From assembly GCA_963555985.3 (NCBI GenBank), contig OY820591.1, positions 3,008,001 to 3,072,000 on the forward strand: 64,000 bases of DNA. The letters are read 5' to 3'. The stretch comes from Dehalococcoidia bacterium. GTDB lineage: Bacteria > Chloroflexota > Dehalococcoidia > Bin125. The position numbers were made by a program, and so were the translations under genes. Below, in pieces: positions 1-8,557 of this stretch; position 1 is the stretch's first letter; each line of letters starts with the position of its first letter. The notes beneath the pieces are model-generated. The model saw only the letters and a list, made by a program, of their open reading frames with translations, was not told the DNA's origin and did no database searches.

Positions 1-752
1 AGGGCCTCGATGTATTGACCGGTCTGATAGCAGAGCAGCCCGCGGTCGCGGCGGTCTTCGAGCGACCAGGGCGAGAGCGCGAGCATGTAGTCGGTTGCCT
101 CGATGGCGGCGGCGTAATCGCGTTTGCGGACGCAGGTGCCCTTGAGGTTGGTCAGGATCCGCTGCAAGATTTGGCGCTTGGTGACGGCGGCGAGGAATGA
201 ATCGGGATTGGGTCCGCCGCCGAAGTTGGTGGCGCGCAGGCGTTCGGAGAGGGCGTCGCGTTCGATCTCGCGCCCTGCGTGGAACGGGTCCAGGTAGCGC
301 TCGCGTTCGCCGTCGTCGTACTTGACGAGGAAATGGAAGGGCGCGCCGACGCCGTGTAGTTCGATTCCGGCGCGGCGGCCGACTTCCAGCATCACCGCCG
401 CGAGCGTGATTGGCATTCCGCGTCCGGTCGCCAGCGTTGCGTGGAGGCAGCAGTTGATCGGCTCGTAGTAGGTCTGGGTGTCGCCGCGAAACTGGTGGGT
501 CTCGAAGAGCACTTGGCGGAGCCGCTCCACGCGCTCAGGCAGGGGGCGTTCCTCAGGCACGGCACGGACTTCTTGGGCGAGTTCGCCGAGCCGCTGGAGG
601 GCGGTCAGCTGATCGAGTTGCGGCTCTACGATCCGCCCGATCAGGAAGCAGCAGAGGTCGAGCCGGACAGCGTGGTCGGCGCCGCGCGCCAGCGCTCCGA
701 ACTGGCGCGCGCGCTCGAGTTTTACAAAATCTTCGCTCAGATCGGCAGCCAT
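1..752 (-). CDS. SirB1/YchA-family transglutaminase-like protein (partial, runs off window)
   Basis: Manual translation from ATG at 752: MAADLSEDF...FRGDTQTYYEPINCCLHATLATGRGMPITLAAVMLEVGRRAGIELHGVGAPFHFLVKY, typical SirB1 motifs; absent from ORF track because it has no stop in the window. Confidence 0.8.
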   Translation of the reverse strand, partial: MAADLSEDFVKLERARQFGALARGADHAVRLDLCCFLIGRIVEPQLDQLTALQRLGELAQEVRAVPEERPLPERVERLRQVLFETHQFRGDTQTYYEPINCCLHATLATGRGMPITLAAVMLEVGRRAGIELHGVGAPFHFLVKYDDGERERYLDPFHAGREIERDALSERLRATNFGGGPNPDSFLAAVTKRQILQRILTNLKGTCVRKRDYAAAIEATDYMLALSPWSLEDRRDRGLLCYQTGQYIEA

Positions 753-868
753 GCGGCGAGGCTAGCAGGATGCGCTTGCGCTTGCCCGATTATGATGGAT
801 CTATCAGCTCGAGAGGGCTGAGATGCAGACACGTGGCGGCCCGTTTGAGCGAGGAGCGAGCGTCGCCC

Positions 869-2332
869 ATGGCTCAGCAACAGACCACCCGCGCCGGTCT
901 GCCGATTGACCGCAAAGCGCGGCTGCGAATCCCCCCGCACCACGTCACCAAGCAGACCCCGCACGACCGCATCCACAACTGGGACGAGGTCTACTTCGGC
1001 TACACCGCCGGCCCGGCGATGTTTGAGGCGCAGCGCTGCATCCAGTGTCCGGCTGCGCCCTGCATCGTGGCCTGTCCGATCGACAACGACATCCCCGGCG
1101 CGCTCGCGTTCCTCGAAACCGGACGCCTTGCCGAAGCAGCAGCCGTGTTTCGCCAGACCTCGGAGATGCCGGAACTCTGCGGGCGTCTCTGCCCGCAGGA
1201 AGCGCTCTGCGAAGGCTCCTGCGTGGTCGGGAAGAAGGCCAAGCCAGTCGCGATTGGCAAGCTGGAGGCGTTTCTCGGCGATTGGGATCGCGACCAGCGC
1301 GGCGGCTTCCCGATCCCGACACCCGACCACGAGAGCGGGCAACGAGTCGCGGTAGTCGGCTCCGGCCCGGCCGGTCTGGCTGTCGCCGAGCAGATGCGCG
1401 CCGTCGGACACGATGTGACGGTGTTCGAGGCTTGGCCCTCCGGCGGCGGGGTGCTGCGCTACGGCATTCCCAACTTCAAGACGGCTAAAGACATCGTGGA
1501 CGAGAAGATCGCCGCGCTCGAAGCGGGCGGGGTGCAGTTCTGCTTCAACACACGAGTCGGTGTGGACGTAGGTTGGGACGAGCTGGCCGAGTACGACGCG
1601 GTTTTCCTCGGTCACGGCGCGGGCTTGGGCAAGGCGCTCAGAATCGACGGCGAGCAACTGGCCGGGGTCTACAGCGCTACCGAGTTCCTTGTCCGCGCCA
1701 ACCTTGAGCCTGAGCACTTGCCCGCAGCGATGCGCTCCGCTCCCCATGTCGGCCGGCGGGTGGTTGTGGTCGGCGGCGGCGATACCTCGATGGACTGCGT
1801 GCGCTCCGCCGTCCGTCTGGGCGCCGAGAGCGTGACGCTGCTCTACCGCCGCACCGAGAACGAGATGATCGGGCGCGAAGAGGAGCGCCGACACGCGCGC
1901 GAGGAAGGCGTGATCTTCGAGTACCTCACCACTCCGGTACGGCTGTTGGGCAAAGACGGCGCGGTCACCGGCGTGGAATGCGTGCGGATGAAGCTGGGCG
2001 AACCGGACGAGAGCGGCCGCCGCCGTCCGCAGCCGATGCCCGGCTCCGAATTCGTGATTGACGCGGACGCTTTCGTGGTCGCAGTGGGCTACGACGTGGG
2101 ACGCGATCTCTTCGGTCCCGATGCTGGCATCGATGTCAACGACTGGGGTGAGGTGCTGGTCGATGAGCAGGGGCGGACGTCGCGTCCCGGTGTCTTCGCC
2201 GGCGGCGACAACGTGATCGGGGCAGATTTGGTGGTGACGGCGCTGCGCGGGGCGCATCAGGCGATTCCGGGGATGAAGCGCTACCTCGAAGAGCGCCTGC
2301 TTGAGCACGCTCTGGCCGCCGCCGCGGGCTAG
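869..2332 (+). CDS. NAD(P)-dependent Fe-S flavo-oxidoreductase (GltD/NfnB/SudA-like)
   Basis: RCIQC..PC..ACP and CGRLCPQEALCEGSC Fe-S motifs, GSGPAG and VGGGDT Rossmann motifs, YRRT; GAGGAG RBS before ATG 869. Confidence 0.9.
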   Translation: MAQQQTTRAGLPIDRKARLRIPPHHVTKQTPHDRIHNWDEVYFGYTAGPAMFEAQRCIQCPAAPCIVACPIDNDIPGALAFLETGRLAEAAAVFRQTSEMPELCGRLCPQEALCEGSCVVGKKAKPVAIGKLEAFLGDWDRDQRGGFPIPTPDHESGQRVAVVGSGPAGLAVAEQMRAVGHDVTVFEAWPSGGGVLRYGIPNFKTAKDIVDEKIAALEAGGVQFCFNTRVGVDVGWDELAEYDAVFLGHGAGLGKALRIDGEQLAGVYSATEFLVRANLEPEHLPAAMRSAPHVGRRVVVVGGGDTSMDCVRSAVRLGAESVTLLYRRTENEMIGREEERRHAREEGVIFEYLTTPVRLLGKDGAVTGVECVRMKLGEPDESGRRRPQPMPGSEFVIDADAFVVAVGYDVGRDLFGPDAGIDVNDWGEVLVDEQGRTSRPGVFAGGDNVIGADLVVTALRGAHQAIPGMKRYLEERLLEHALAAAAG

Positions 2333-2334
2333 CG

Positions 2335-2775
2335 CTACTCCGCCGGGGAGCAGCCCGGCGCGCCTGGGATATCCACCTCCGAGACAATCTCCTCAGCCGC
2401 GTTGCGGCAGAGCACGACTTCGGCGTCGCGGTCGTCGCGCGGGTTGGAGATCTGGTGGATCGCTCTTGGCGGGACGTAGAGGAAGTCGCCCGTCTTCACA
2501 TCGTGGACGTGCTCCAGATTGGGGCCGTAGCTCATCCGGATCGGCCCCTGGAGGATGTACATCGCGGTTTCGCAGTTCACATGCCAGTGCGGGGTGGAGT
2601 ACATCCCGGGCGGAATCTTCTGGCGGGTCATGAAGACTTCTTCGGAGCCGGAGAGGTCGCCGGAGACGCCGAACTGGATCGCCATCCCGGACCGGTGATT
2701 CGACCACTCGGCGTCGGCGCCGCTGGTCATTTCGATCATCCCGTGGAGCTCGGAGCGGTCGATTTCGGTCGTCAT
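2335..2775 (-). CDS. Cupin domain protein
   Basis: PHWHVNCETAMYILQG and GDFLYVPPRAIHQ cupin motifs. Confidence 0.85.
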   Translation of the reverse strand: MTTEIDRSELHGMIEMTSGADAEWSNHRSGMAIQFGVSGDLSGSEEVFMTRQKIPPGMYSTPHWHVNCETAMYILQGPIRMSYGPNLEHVHDVKTGDFLYVPPRAIHQISNPRDDRDAEVVLCRNAAEEIVSEVDIPGAPGCSPAE

Positions 2776-2844
2776 CGAGGCCTCCTGGCGGTTGCGGCTG
2801 TCGCTTTGGGGACGATATCAGGCGGGTAGGGCGAACTGGCCGGA

Positions 2845-2891
2845 CCCCCCTCTGTCCCTACGGGACATCTCCCCCCGCAGAGGGGGGGAGA
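2845..2891. repeat. REP-like palindrome, family B (CCCCCTCTGTC..GACATCTCCCCC..GGGGGAGA)
   Basis: Double-hairpin sequence with related copies at ~5843, 31378, 33061, 49844 and 58456. Confidence 0.85.
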
Positions 2892-2917
2892 ACTGATCTG
2901 CTTTGCGTGGAGGTTTT

Positions 2918-4333
2918 CTAGGAGTCGTCTGCGGCTTCCACCTCTGTGGGGGCAGAGGGCGGGCCGATGCTGTGGGCCCAGTCGTCTACCAGCCAGCGGC
3001 CACCGATCAGGATGAGTTCCAGGCGGAGCCAGTCGGTTTCGCTGAACTGGAGATAGAGGCGGGCGCGGTTGGGGTTGAGCGCGTCGGCGAGGGGGACTTG
3101 TTGCAGGAGCTCGCCGCCCAAGCCGATCGATTGCATCTTGACCAGGTCGCGCTGAACGTCCTGGCTGCTCTCCCAGCCCCAGATCGTGAGCGCTTCGGGT
3201 CCGGCCAGGGCGAGGATGGTAGGAGCGTCGCCGTCGCGTAGGGCCTGGAGGAAGGTGAGGCCGGCGGCGGCGAGTGCGGCTGCCTGGGCCTCGTTGGCGA
3301 TCGCGGTGGTGGGCAGACCGCTGCGCACGCTGATCCGGTAGGCGCCGATCAGTTGGCGCTGACCCAGGCTGTTGGAGGCGGTCACGACTTCGACCCGCCA
3401 GACGCCGTCCTGTTCGGCCTGGAAGCTGATCTCGGAATCGAGTCCGTGCCCGCCGTCGTCGTCGGTCTGTTGGAGGATGCCTTCGGGGTTGAAAATCTGC
3501 GCGAACACGTCCACGCCGGTATCGCCGTCCACGGTGACGTAGAGTTGCTCCCCCGCGCTCGCCTGAAACTCGAAGACATCGACATCGCCCGGTGTGTTGA
3601 GCACCCCGTCGACGTGCGCGCCGACGCCCATCACCGCGTTGTCGTCGTCTGCGGCGATGCTGAGCCGATCGAGGCGGATCACGAAGCTCCCGACGGAGTT
3701 GGCGTCGAACGCGCCGACCCTGATGTTCTGGCGTCCCTCGGTCGGGATCTGGACCACGAGCAGGCTGTCGCGGTTGGCGGCGGAGAGATCGTCGTTGACC
3801 GCGATCTCGGTGAGATCGGGTTGGAGCAAGGTGAGGATCGGGTCCATCCCGTCCTTACCGTCCACCTTGATTCGCACCCACTCGCCGGCAGTCGCCTCAA
3901 AGCGGAACTGTTGCGGTTCGTCGATTGAGGCGATGTTGGACTCGATCGGCGCGCCGTCGGGGAGATCGTCGGTGGCGGGGTCGAAGTCGACGGCGGGATC
4001 CTCTGCTTCCTGCTCGGCCTCCGGCTCATCAGTTGCCTGAGACTGCTGCTCCTGGGATTGCGCCGCCGTCTGCGCGGCGGCTTGCTGCTCCGGCTCCGGT
4101 TGGCTCTCTTGCTGAGCCGGGGCGGTCTGTGTTTGCTGAGCGGCGCTGGTCTCGCTCGCTGTCTGTCCGTCCGCCGCGATCGGTTCGGCCTCTTCTTGGC
4201 TGACCGGCTGTACTTGGGTCTCGACAGGCTGATCGTCGCCGCAGGCGGCAGCGACAAAGAGGGCGGGAGCGGCGACGATCAGGGCCAAGCCGAGGCTGAG
4301 CCGCGAGCCGGCGGCAGGGAGAGGAATGCGCAT
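2918..4333 (-). CDS. Lipoprotein with two PPC (pre-peptidase C-terminal)-like domains
   Basis: Lipobox VAAAC-GDD, Q/E/A-rich linker, two repeats of F.A.AGE...I.VDG...D.....NDD/DDGG..DS.I. Confidence 0.75.
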   Translation of the reverse strand: MRIPLPAAGSRLSLGLALIVAAPALFVAAACGDDQPVETQVQPVSQEEAEPIAADGQTASETSAAQQTQTAPAQQESQPEPEQQAAAQTAAQSQEQQSQATDEPEAEQEAEDPAVDFDPATDDLPDGAPIESNIASIDEPQQFRFEATAGEWVRIKVDGKDGMDPILTLLQPDLTEIAVNDDLSAANRDSLLVVQIPTEGRQNIRVGAFDANSVGSFVIRLDRLSIAADDDNAVMGVGAHVDGVLNTPGDVDVFEFQASAGEQLYVTVDGDTGVDVFAQIFNPEGILQQTDDDGGHGLDSEISFQAEQDGVWRVEVVTASNSLGQRQLIGAYRISVRSGLPTTAIANEAQAAALAAAGLTFLQALRDGDAPTILALAGPEALTIWGWESSQDVQRDLVKMQSIGLGGELLQQVPLADALNPNRARLYLQFSETDWLRLELILIGGRWLVDDWAHSIGPPSAPTEVEAADDS

Positions 4334-4454
4334 CAGATGTTCCGTAGCGTCACCCGAGACCGCCCCATGGTGCATTCACCGTTCACTACACGTTCACTAT
4401 ACGTCGTGGGGCGGGCGATCGGAGCGCTCAGCTGGGGACGGGATGATGGCCTGA

Positions 4455-4483
4455 TTGCCCGCGCTGCGGGCGCGGCATATACT
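4455..4483 (+). promoter_or_regulatory. Putative sigma70 promoter of ferredoxin gene
   Basis: TTGCCC-17 bp-TATACT. Confidence 0.55.
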
Positions 4484-4538
4484 GCGAGCGCTTGAGGGAT
4501 GCGCCGGCGCGGGAGCGCCGTCGGACAGGGAGTGCGCC

Positions 4539-5045
4539 GTGGCCTACGAGATCGTTGAGACCTGCATCGGCTGTACGGCCTGCACCAACCGCTGTCCCAC
4601 CAACGCGATCTGGGGCGAGCGCAACGCGATTCACTACATCGACCCGGCGCTCTGCATCGACTGCGGGGCCTGCGGCGCGGTCTGTCCGGTCGAGTGCATC
4701 CTCGACGACGACGGCGACATCTGCCGTAAGTTCGCGCGGAAAGAGTGGCCCAAGGCGGTCGTGGACGCGGACAAGTGCATCGGCTCGGGCTGCGAGATCT
4801 GCATCAACGTCTGCCCCTTCGACGCGCTGGAGCTGGACTTCACCGACGCCGCCTCCGACTTCTTCGGTCAGGCCGTGGTGATTGAGAAGAACTGCACGGG
4901 TTGCCGGCTCTGCGAACAGTCCTGCGGCTGGGACGCGGTGCATATCTACCCGGAGCGCGACCTGCTGAAGAAGCTCTACTACCCGAACGACAAGCCGACG
5001 CCGGGACAGGAGAAGTTCCTGCGTGCGAAGGCGGGTTCGCGGTAG
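4539..5045 (+). CDS. Polyferredoxin with four [4Fe-4S]-type motifs
   Basis: CIGCTACTNRCP, CIDCGACGAVCP, CIGSGCEICINVCP, CTGCRLCEQSC; GTG start after GGGAG. Confidence 0.9.
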   Translation: MAYEIVETCIGCTACTNRCPTNAIWGERNAIHYIDPALCIDCGACGAVCPVECILDDDGDICRKFARKEWPKAVVDADKCIGSGCEICINVCPFDALELDFTDAASDFFGQAVVIEKNCTGCRLCEQSCGWDAVHIYPERDLLKKLYYPNDKPTPGQEKFLRAKAGSR

Positions 5046-5262
5046 GGGCGATTTTCGCAACTTTCAGGTTCGCTTTTCTTCCTGCGATGTCGCGGGTGGG
5101 TTGGGTTGGTCGGACCCCCCGCCTTCGCGGGGACGAGCTCTCCAGGGGAGATCGCTCTAGGGGGAGAGGGTTGAGGCACGGTAGGGACTGGGCGGTCGCG
5201 GTTTGCGGCCTGACGGGGGCTGTAAGAAAAAAACGAGGGTGTCGCCGCTTGCGGTCGGGGGA

Positions 5263-5619
5263 TTACTGCGGTTCTTCCTCTTCTTCGAGGCTGTCGTCGT
5301 CGTCCGGCAGAGGGACGTCTTCGCCACGCATCAGGGCCACGGCGATGGCGTGGGGATGGAGGTGGAGTTCTTTCTTCTGCTCGGGCGTAAGGGGTGCTTC
5401 GGGCAGGCGGGGGGAGTGGTTGGGTTGGGGTTTGGGCGCGGGTTCGGGATGGGGTTCGAGGTCGAGCGCGTGGTGGATCTCTCGGGTCTTGGCGTTGGAG
5501 GGGGAGAGTTCGCGGATGAGGAGGGCGAGCGCTTTGATGCGGACGTGGCCGGCTTCGTTGGAGTGGGCGATCTGGCCGACGCCGGTCATGCTGGACTGGT
5601 AGGTGTGGGGGAAGGGCAT
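5263..5619 (-). CDS. Hypothetical protein (118 aa, Pro-rich linker, acidic tail)
   Basis: ATG preceded by AAGAAAGGA RBS; no recognisable family. Confidence 0.55.
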   Translation of the reverse strand: MPFPHTYQSSMTGVGQIAHSNEAGHVRIKALALLIRELSPSNAKTREIHHALDLEPHPEPAPKPQPNHSPRLPEAPLTPEQKKELHLHPHAIAVALMRGEDVPLPDDDDSLEEEEEPQ

Positions 5620-5739
5620 GGCGGGTTGTTCCTTTCTTGGGGATTCCAGGACTCTTGAGCTTATCTGGATGGATGTTCGGGTTGCAAGTTGGTTGGGTGT
5701 GTTGTGGTTGTCGGTTTGGGGGTTGGGTGCTGGTCACGG

Positions 5740-5773
5740 CGAGATACCCGCGACGGAGCGCGGGTATGACGGA
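5740..5773. repeat. REP-like palindrome, family A (GAGATWCCCGCG..CGCGGGWATGAC)
   Basis: Palindrome; second copy with similar flank at ~5940. Confidence 0.85.
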
Positions 5774-5842
5774 GGTGGTTGGGGGTGGGTATGACGGAGT
5801 TTGGCGGGTGTTGGGGTGTCTGTGCTGGGTGTGGCGTTCTCA

Positions 5843-5884
5843 CCCCCTCTGTCACTTCGTGACATCTCCCCCTTGAGGGGGAGA
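5843..5884. repeat. REP-like palindrome, family B
   Basis: CCCCCTCTGTCACTTCGTGACATCTCCCCCTTGAGGGGGAGA. Confidence 0.85.
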
Positions 5885-5939
5885 GGGGATCAAGGGGGAG
5901 ATTTTGGGGAGGTGGGATGGGGGTTGGTGCTGGTCGCGG

Positions 5940-5973
5940 CGAGATTCCCGCGGCAAGCGCGGGAATGACGGAG
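5940..5973. repeat. REP-like palindrome, family A
   Basis: GAGATTCCCGCGGCAAGCGCGGGAATGACGGAG. Confidence 0.85.
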
Positions 5974-6003
5974 TCGGGGCGAGATTGACGATTGCGTGTT
6001 GGT

Positions 6004-7047
6004 CTAGCGGTCGTGGATGTCCTCGAGGAAGGAGCGGTCGAGGGCGGCGTCGAGATCGACTGGATTCTCCAGCGCGCCGTATTCGAGCAGGACGTCTGCG
6101 AGGGCTTGGAACTGGGCTCGGGTGAACCAGCCGACGCCGTTGGCGTCGGTGAGGTCGCTGACGGCGTTGGCGAGTTCGATGTCGAGGATGAAGCGTTCGT
6201 GGACGAGGTCGGGTTCGCGCTCGGTGATGAACTTGGTGGTGGACTCGATGGCGGCGGCGGGATCGTCCTGAGCGAACTCAAACGCGCGCACAGTCGCGGC
6301 GAGGAAGCGGGCGAGCTTTTCGCGGTTGTCCTCGTCTTCGAGGAACTCTTCGGTCACGAGGTAGACCACGCCCAGGGTGGGCACTTTGTAATCGGCCGCC
6401 TCGAAGACGATGATCTCCTCGCCCAAGACGCGGGTGAGGGTGTCGGGTTCGTTGGAGAGGAAGACGGGGTAGACGTCGACTTCGCCTTCGGCGAGGACGA
6501 CGGGGTTGAATCCGGTGGGGACGATTTCGACGTCGTCCACGGTCATGCCGTGTGCGGCCAGCATGGCGTGGAACTCGGCCTGGATGATGCCTTTGGTGCC
6601 GACCACTTTGCCGCGGAAGTCGGCGGGCGATTCGATCCCGCTTGACTTGAGCACGGCGTAGCCGAAGTCGCCCACTTGCCCGAAGAGCATCACGGCGACG
6701 TAGGGCGCGCCGGAGTTGGCGCGGATCTGGAGGAACTCGGAAGCGGGCAGGGTAGTGATGTCGATCTCGCCGCTGACGAGGAGATTCTTGTGTTCGCCGC
6801 CGAAGCCGGCGTGGGCAATCTCGACCTCGAGGCCCTCGTCGGCGAAGAAGCCTTGATCGTCGGCGACGTAGACGGCGACGAAGGGCAGGTTGGCCTGGGG
6901 GATGAAACCGCCCATGTAGCTGATGCTGAGGGTGTCGGAGGTGTCGTCGCCGCAGGCGCTCAGAGCGGCGCCAACGAGGGCGGCGAGCAGAAACAACGAC
7001 GCGACGAAGGCACCGCGCGCGCGGCGTGACTGCAAACGAATAAGCAT
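6004..7047 (-). CDS. ABC transporter substrate-binding lipoprotein, NMT1/THI5-like
   Basis: Lipobox LSAC-G, YVADDQGFFADEGLEVEI, SGIESPADFRGKVVG, LARFLAATVRAFEFA. Confidence 0.85.
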   Translation of the reverse strand: MLIRLQSRRARGAFVASLFLLAALVGAALSACGDDTSDTLSISYMGGFIPQANLPFVAVYVADDQGFFADEGLEVEIAHAGFGGEHKNLLVSGEIDITTLPASEFLQIRANSGAPYVAVMLFGQVGDFGYAVLKSSGIESPADFRGKVVGTKGIIQAEFHAMLAAHGMTVDDVEIVPTGFNPVVLAEGEVDVYPVFLSNEPDTLTRVLGEEIIVFEAADYKVPTLGVVYLVTEEFLEDEDNREKLARFLAATVRAFEFAQDDPAAAIESTTKFITEREPDLVHERFILDIELANAVSDLTDANGVGWFTRAQFQALADVLLEYGALENPVDLDAALDRSFLEDIHDR

Positions 7048-7319
7048 GGGAACCATCTCCAGCGGCTGAGAGCGCCGGTCATCTCACTCTTTGCACCGGA
7101 CCGGCAGTCGGAGCCGCCTCCGCAGGGTTGCTGCGGCGATAGCGACCAGTTAGAGCGTATCGGCGGGTTGGTCTAGCCGCAATCGGAGACTGATGCGTAA
7201 CTCCCGAGTTGTCGAATTTCCGCTATTCCGACTCAATGAGGAGTCCAGTGCTGAGCAGATACGGAGACTGGATTCCCGCGTTCGGAGAGCTTTGCACAAT
7301 CCCCGATCTGAGCGTTTTG

Positions 7320-8336
7320 TCATTCTTGCGAAAGCGAGAAGGTGGGTTCACATTGCAACTGCAACAACTGCCGACCGAAGACTTCGGCCGGGGAGAGGTA
7401 GTCGAGGCACTGGCGGGGGGTGTTGTTGTACAACTGCAGCACTTCGATCAAACGCGCGAGGCTGAGTTGGGCGAGGTCGAGCCGGCGCGGCAGGACCCGG
7501 CGCAGGCGTCCGATCGCATTCTCGATCCCGCCCTTCTGCCAGGGCGCGTAGGGGTCGCAGAAGAAGGTCTCCACGCCCAGCCGGTGCAGTTCGTAGTGGC
7601 GGGCGAACTCGGTCCCGTTGTCGAACGCGACCGTGCGCCGCAGGGCGGGCGGCCAGGCGCGGAGCAGGCTGAGCAGCAGGCGCGCGACCGGAGCGGCCGC
7701 CTTGCCCGCCACGGGCAAGCCCACGAGCAGCCGCGAGGAGCGCTCGTGCAGCATCAGCAGGAGCGGACCGCCGCGCCCGAAGAGCATCAGGTCGGCCTCC
7801 CAGTGACCGGCTTCGAGCCGCCCGGCGGCCGCCGCCGGGCGCTCGCTCAGGGGCCGCCGCAGTTGGATGCGCTCGACCGAACTGCCGCCTTTGCGCCCGC
7901 GCCAACCGCGTTTCGCCTTGCGCCGCGGCAGATACTGGCGCCAACCGCCGCCGCGGCCGGGCTTGGCCCGCGAGGCTTGGGCGTAGATGAAGCGGTAGAT
8001 GCTCTCGTGCGAGATCACCGGCGCGCCCGCCTCGCGCGCCAGCCGGCCTGCGACCTGTTGCGGCGAGAGCCCGCGGGCCAACTCGCGCAGCACCCGCGCG
8101 CGCAGCTGATCGTCGCGTTCCAGCCGCGAACCGCGCCAGCGCCGCGCCTGGGCCTGTTGCTGGGCGTAGTCGGGACGGTAGCCGTCGCGCGCCGTGTTGC
8201 GTTTCAGCTCTCGAGCAATCGTCGATGGCGAGCGATCCAGAGCTGCAGCGATCTGCCGGATCGAGCGCCCCTCGGCCTGTAAGCGGGCAACCGCGCATCG
8301 CTCCGCCAGGTCCAACTGCGTGTACTGCGCGCCCAT
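7320..8336 (-). CDS. IS30-family DDE transposase
   Basis: N-terminal HTH (SIRQIAAALDRSPSTIARELKRN), ISHESIY, GHWEADL, FDNGTEF, PWQKGGIENAIGRLR. Confidence 0.95.
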   Translation of the reverse strand: MGAQYTQLDLAERCAVARLQAEGRSIRQIAAALDRSPSTIARELKRNTARDGYRPDYAQQQAQARRWRGSRLERDDQLRARVLRELARGLSPQQVAGRLAREAGAPVISHESIYRFIYAQASRAKPGRGGGWRQYLPRRKAKRGWRGRKGGSSVERIQLRRPLSERPAAAAGRLEAGHWEADLMLFGRGGPLLLMLHERSSRLLVGLPVAGKAAAPVARLLLSLLRAWPPALRRTVAFDNGTEFARHYELHRLGVETFFCDPYAPWQKGGIENAIGRLRRVLPRRLDLAQLSLARLIEVLQLYNNTPRQCLDYLSPAEVFGRQLLQLQCEPTFSLSQE

Positions 8337-8380
8337 GGTCTCACCTCAATCATCTGTCGCACTTCGTCTGTGAGACTAGG
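7341..8380 (-). mobile_element. IS30-family insertion sequence, copy 1 (1040 bp)
   Basis: Near-identical to 27515-28554; flanked by GAA/GAA 3-bp repeat (7338-40, 8381-83); imperfect terminal inverted repeats. Confidence 0.92.
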
Positions 8381-8408
8381 GAATCCACGTCTCACTCGAT
8401 ACGCCGCA

Positions 8409-8518
8409 TGGATTCCCGCTTTCGCGGGAATGACGGAAACGGGAGTTTGCAAAGGCCTCCCTGCGCGGGAATGACGGAATTTGGGATTAGGCGCAGGCCT
8501 CCGTTCGCGGGGATGACG
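8409..8518. repeat. Cluster of REP palindromes (TGGATTCCCGCTTTCGCGGGAATGAC and partial copies)
   Basis: One full and two half GCGGGRATGAC units in tandem. Confidence 0.85.
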
Positions 8519-8557
8519 ATCAAGTGTTGGTCTGGTGAGCGTCGATCTGTAGAGGCT

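Noticed and set aside
7061-7075. TPP riboswitch (GGCTGAGA) upstream of the NMT1/THI5-like gene
   Set aside because: Motif is on the wrong strand and the remaining TPP consensus is absent
7348-8298. Second overlapping 316-aa ORF inside the IS30 element
   Set aside because: Arg/Ala-rich alternative frame expected at this GC content; identity between copies is uninformative
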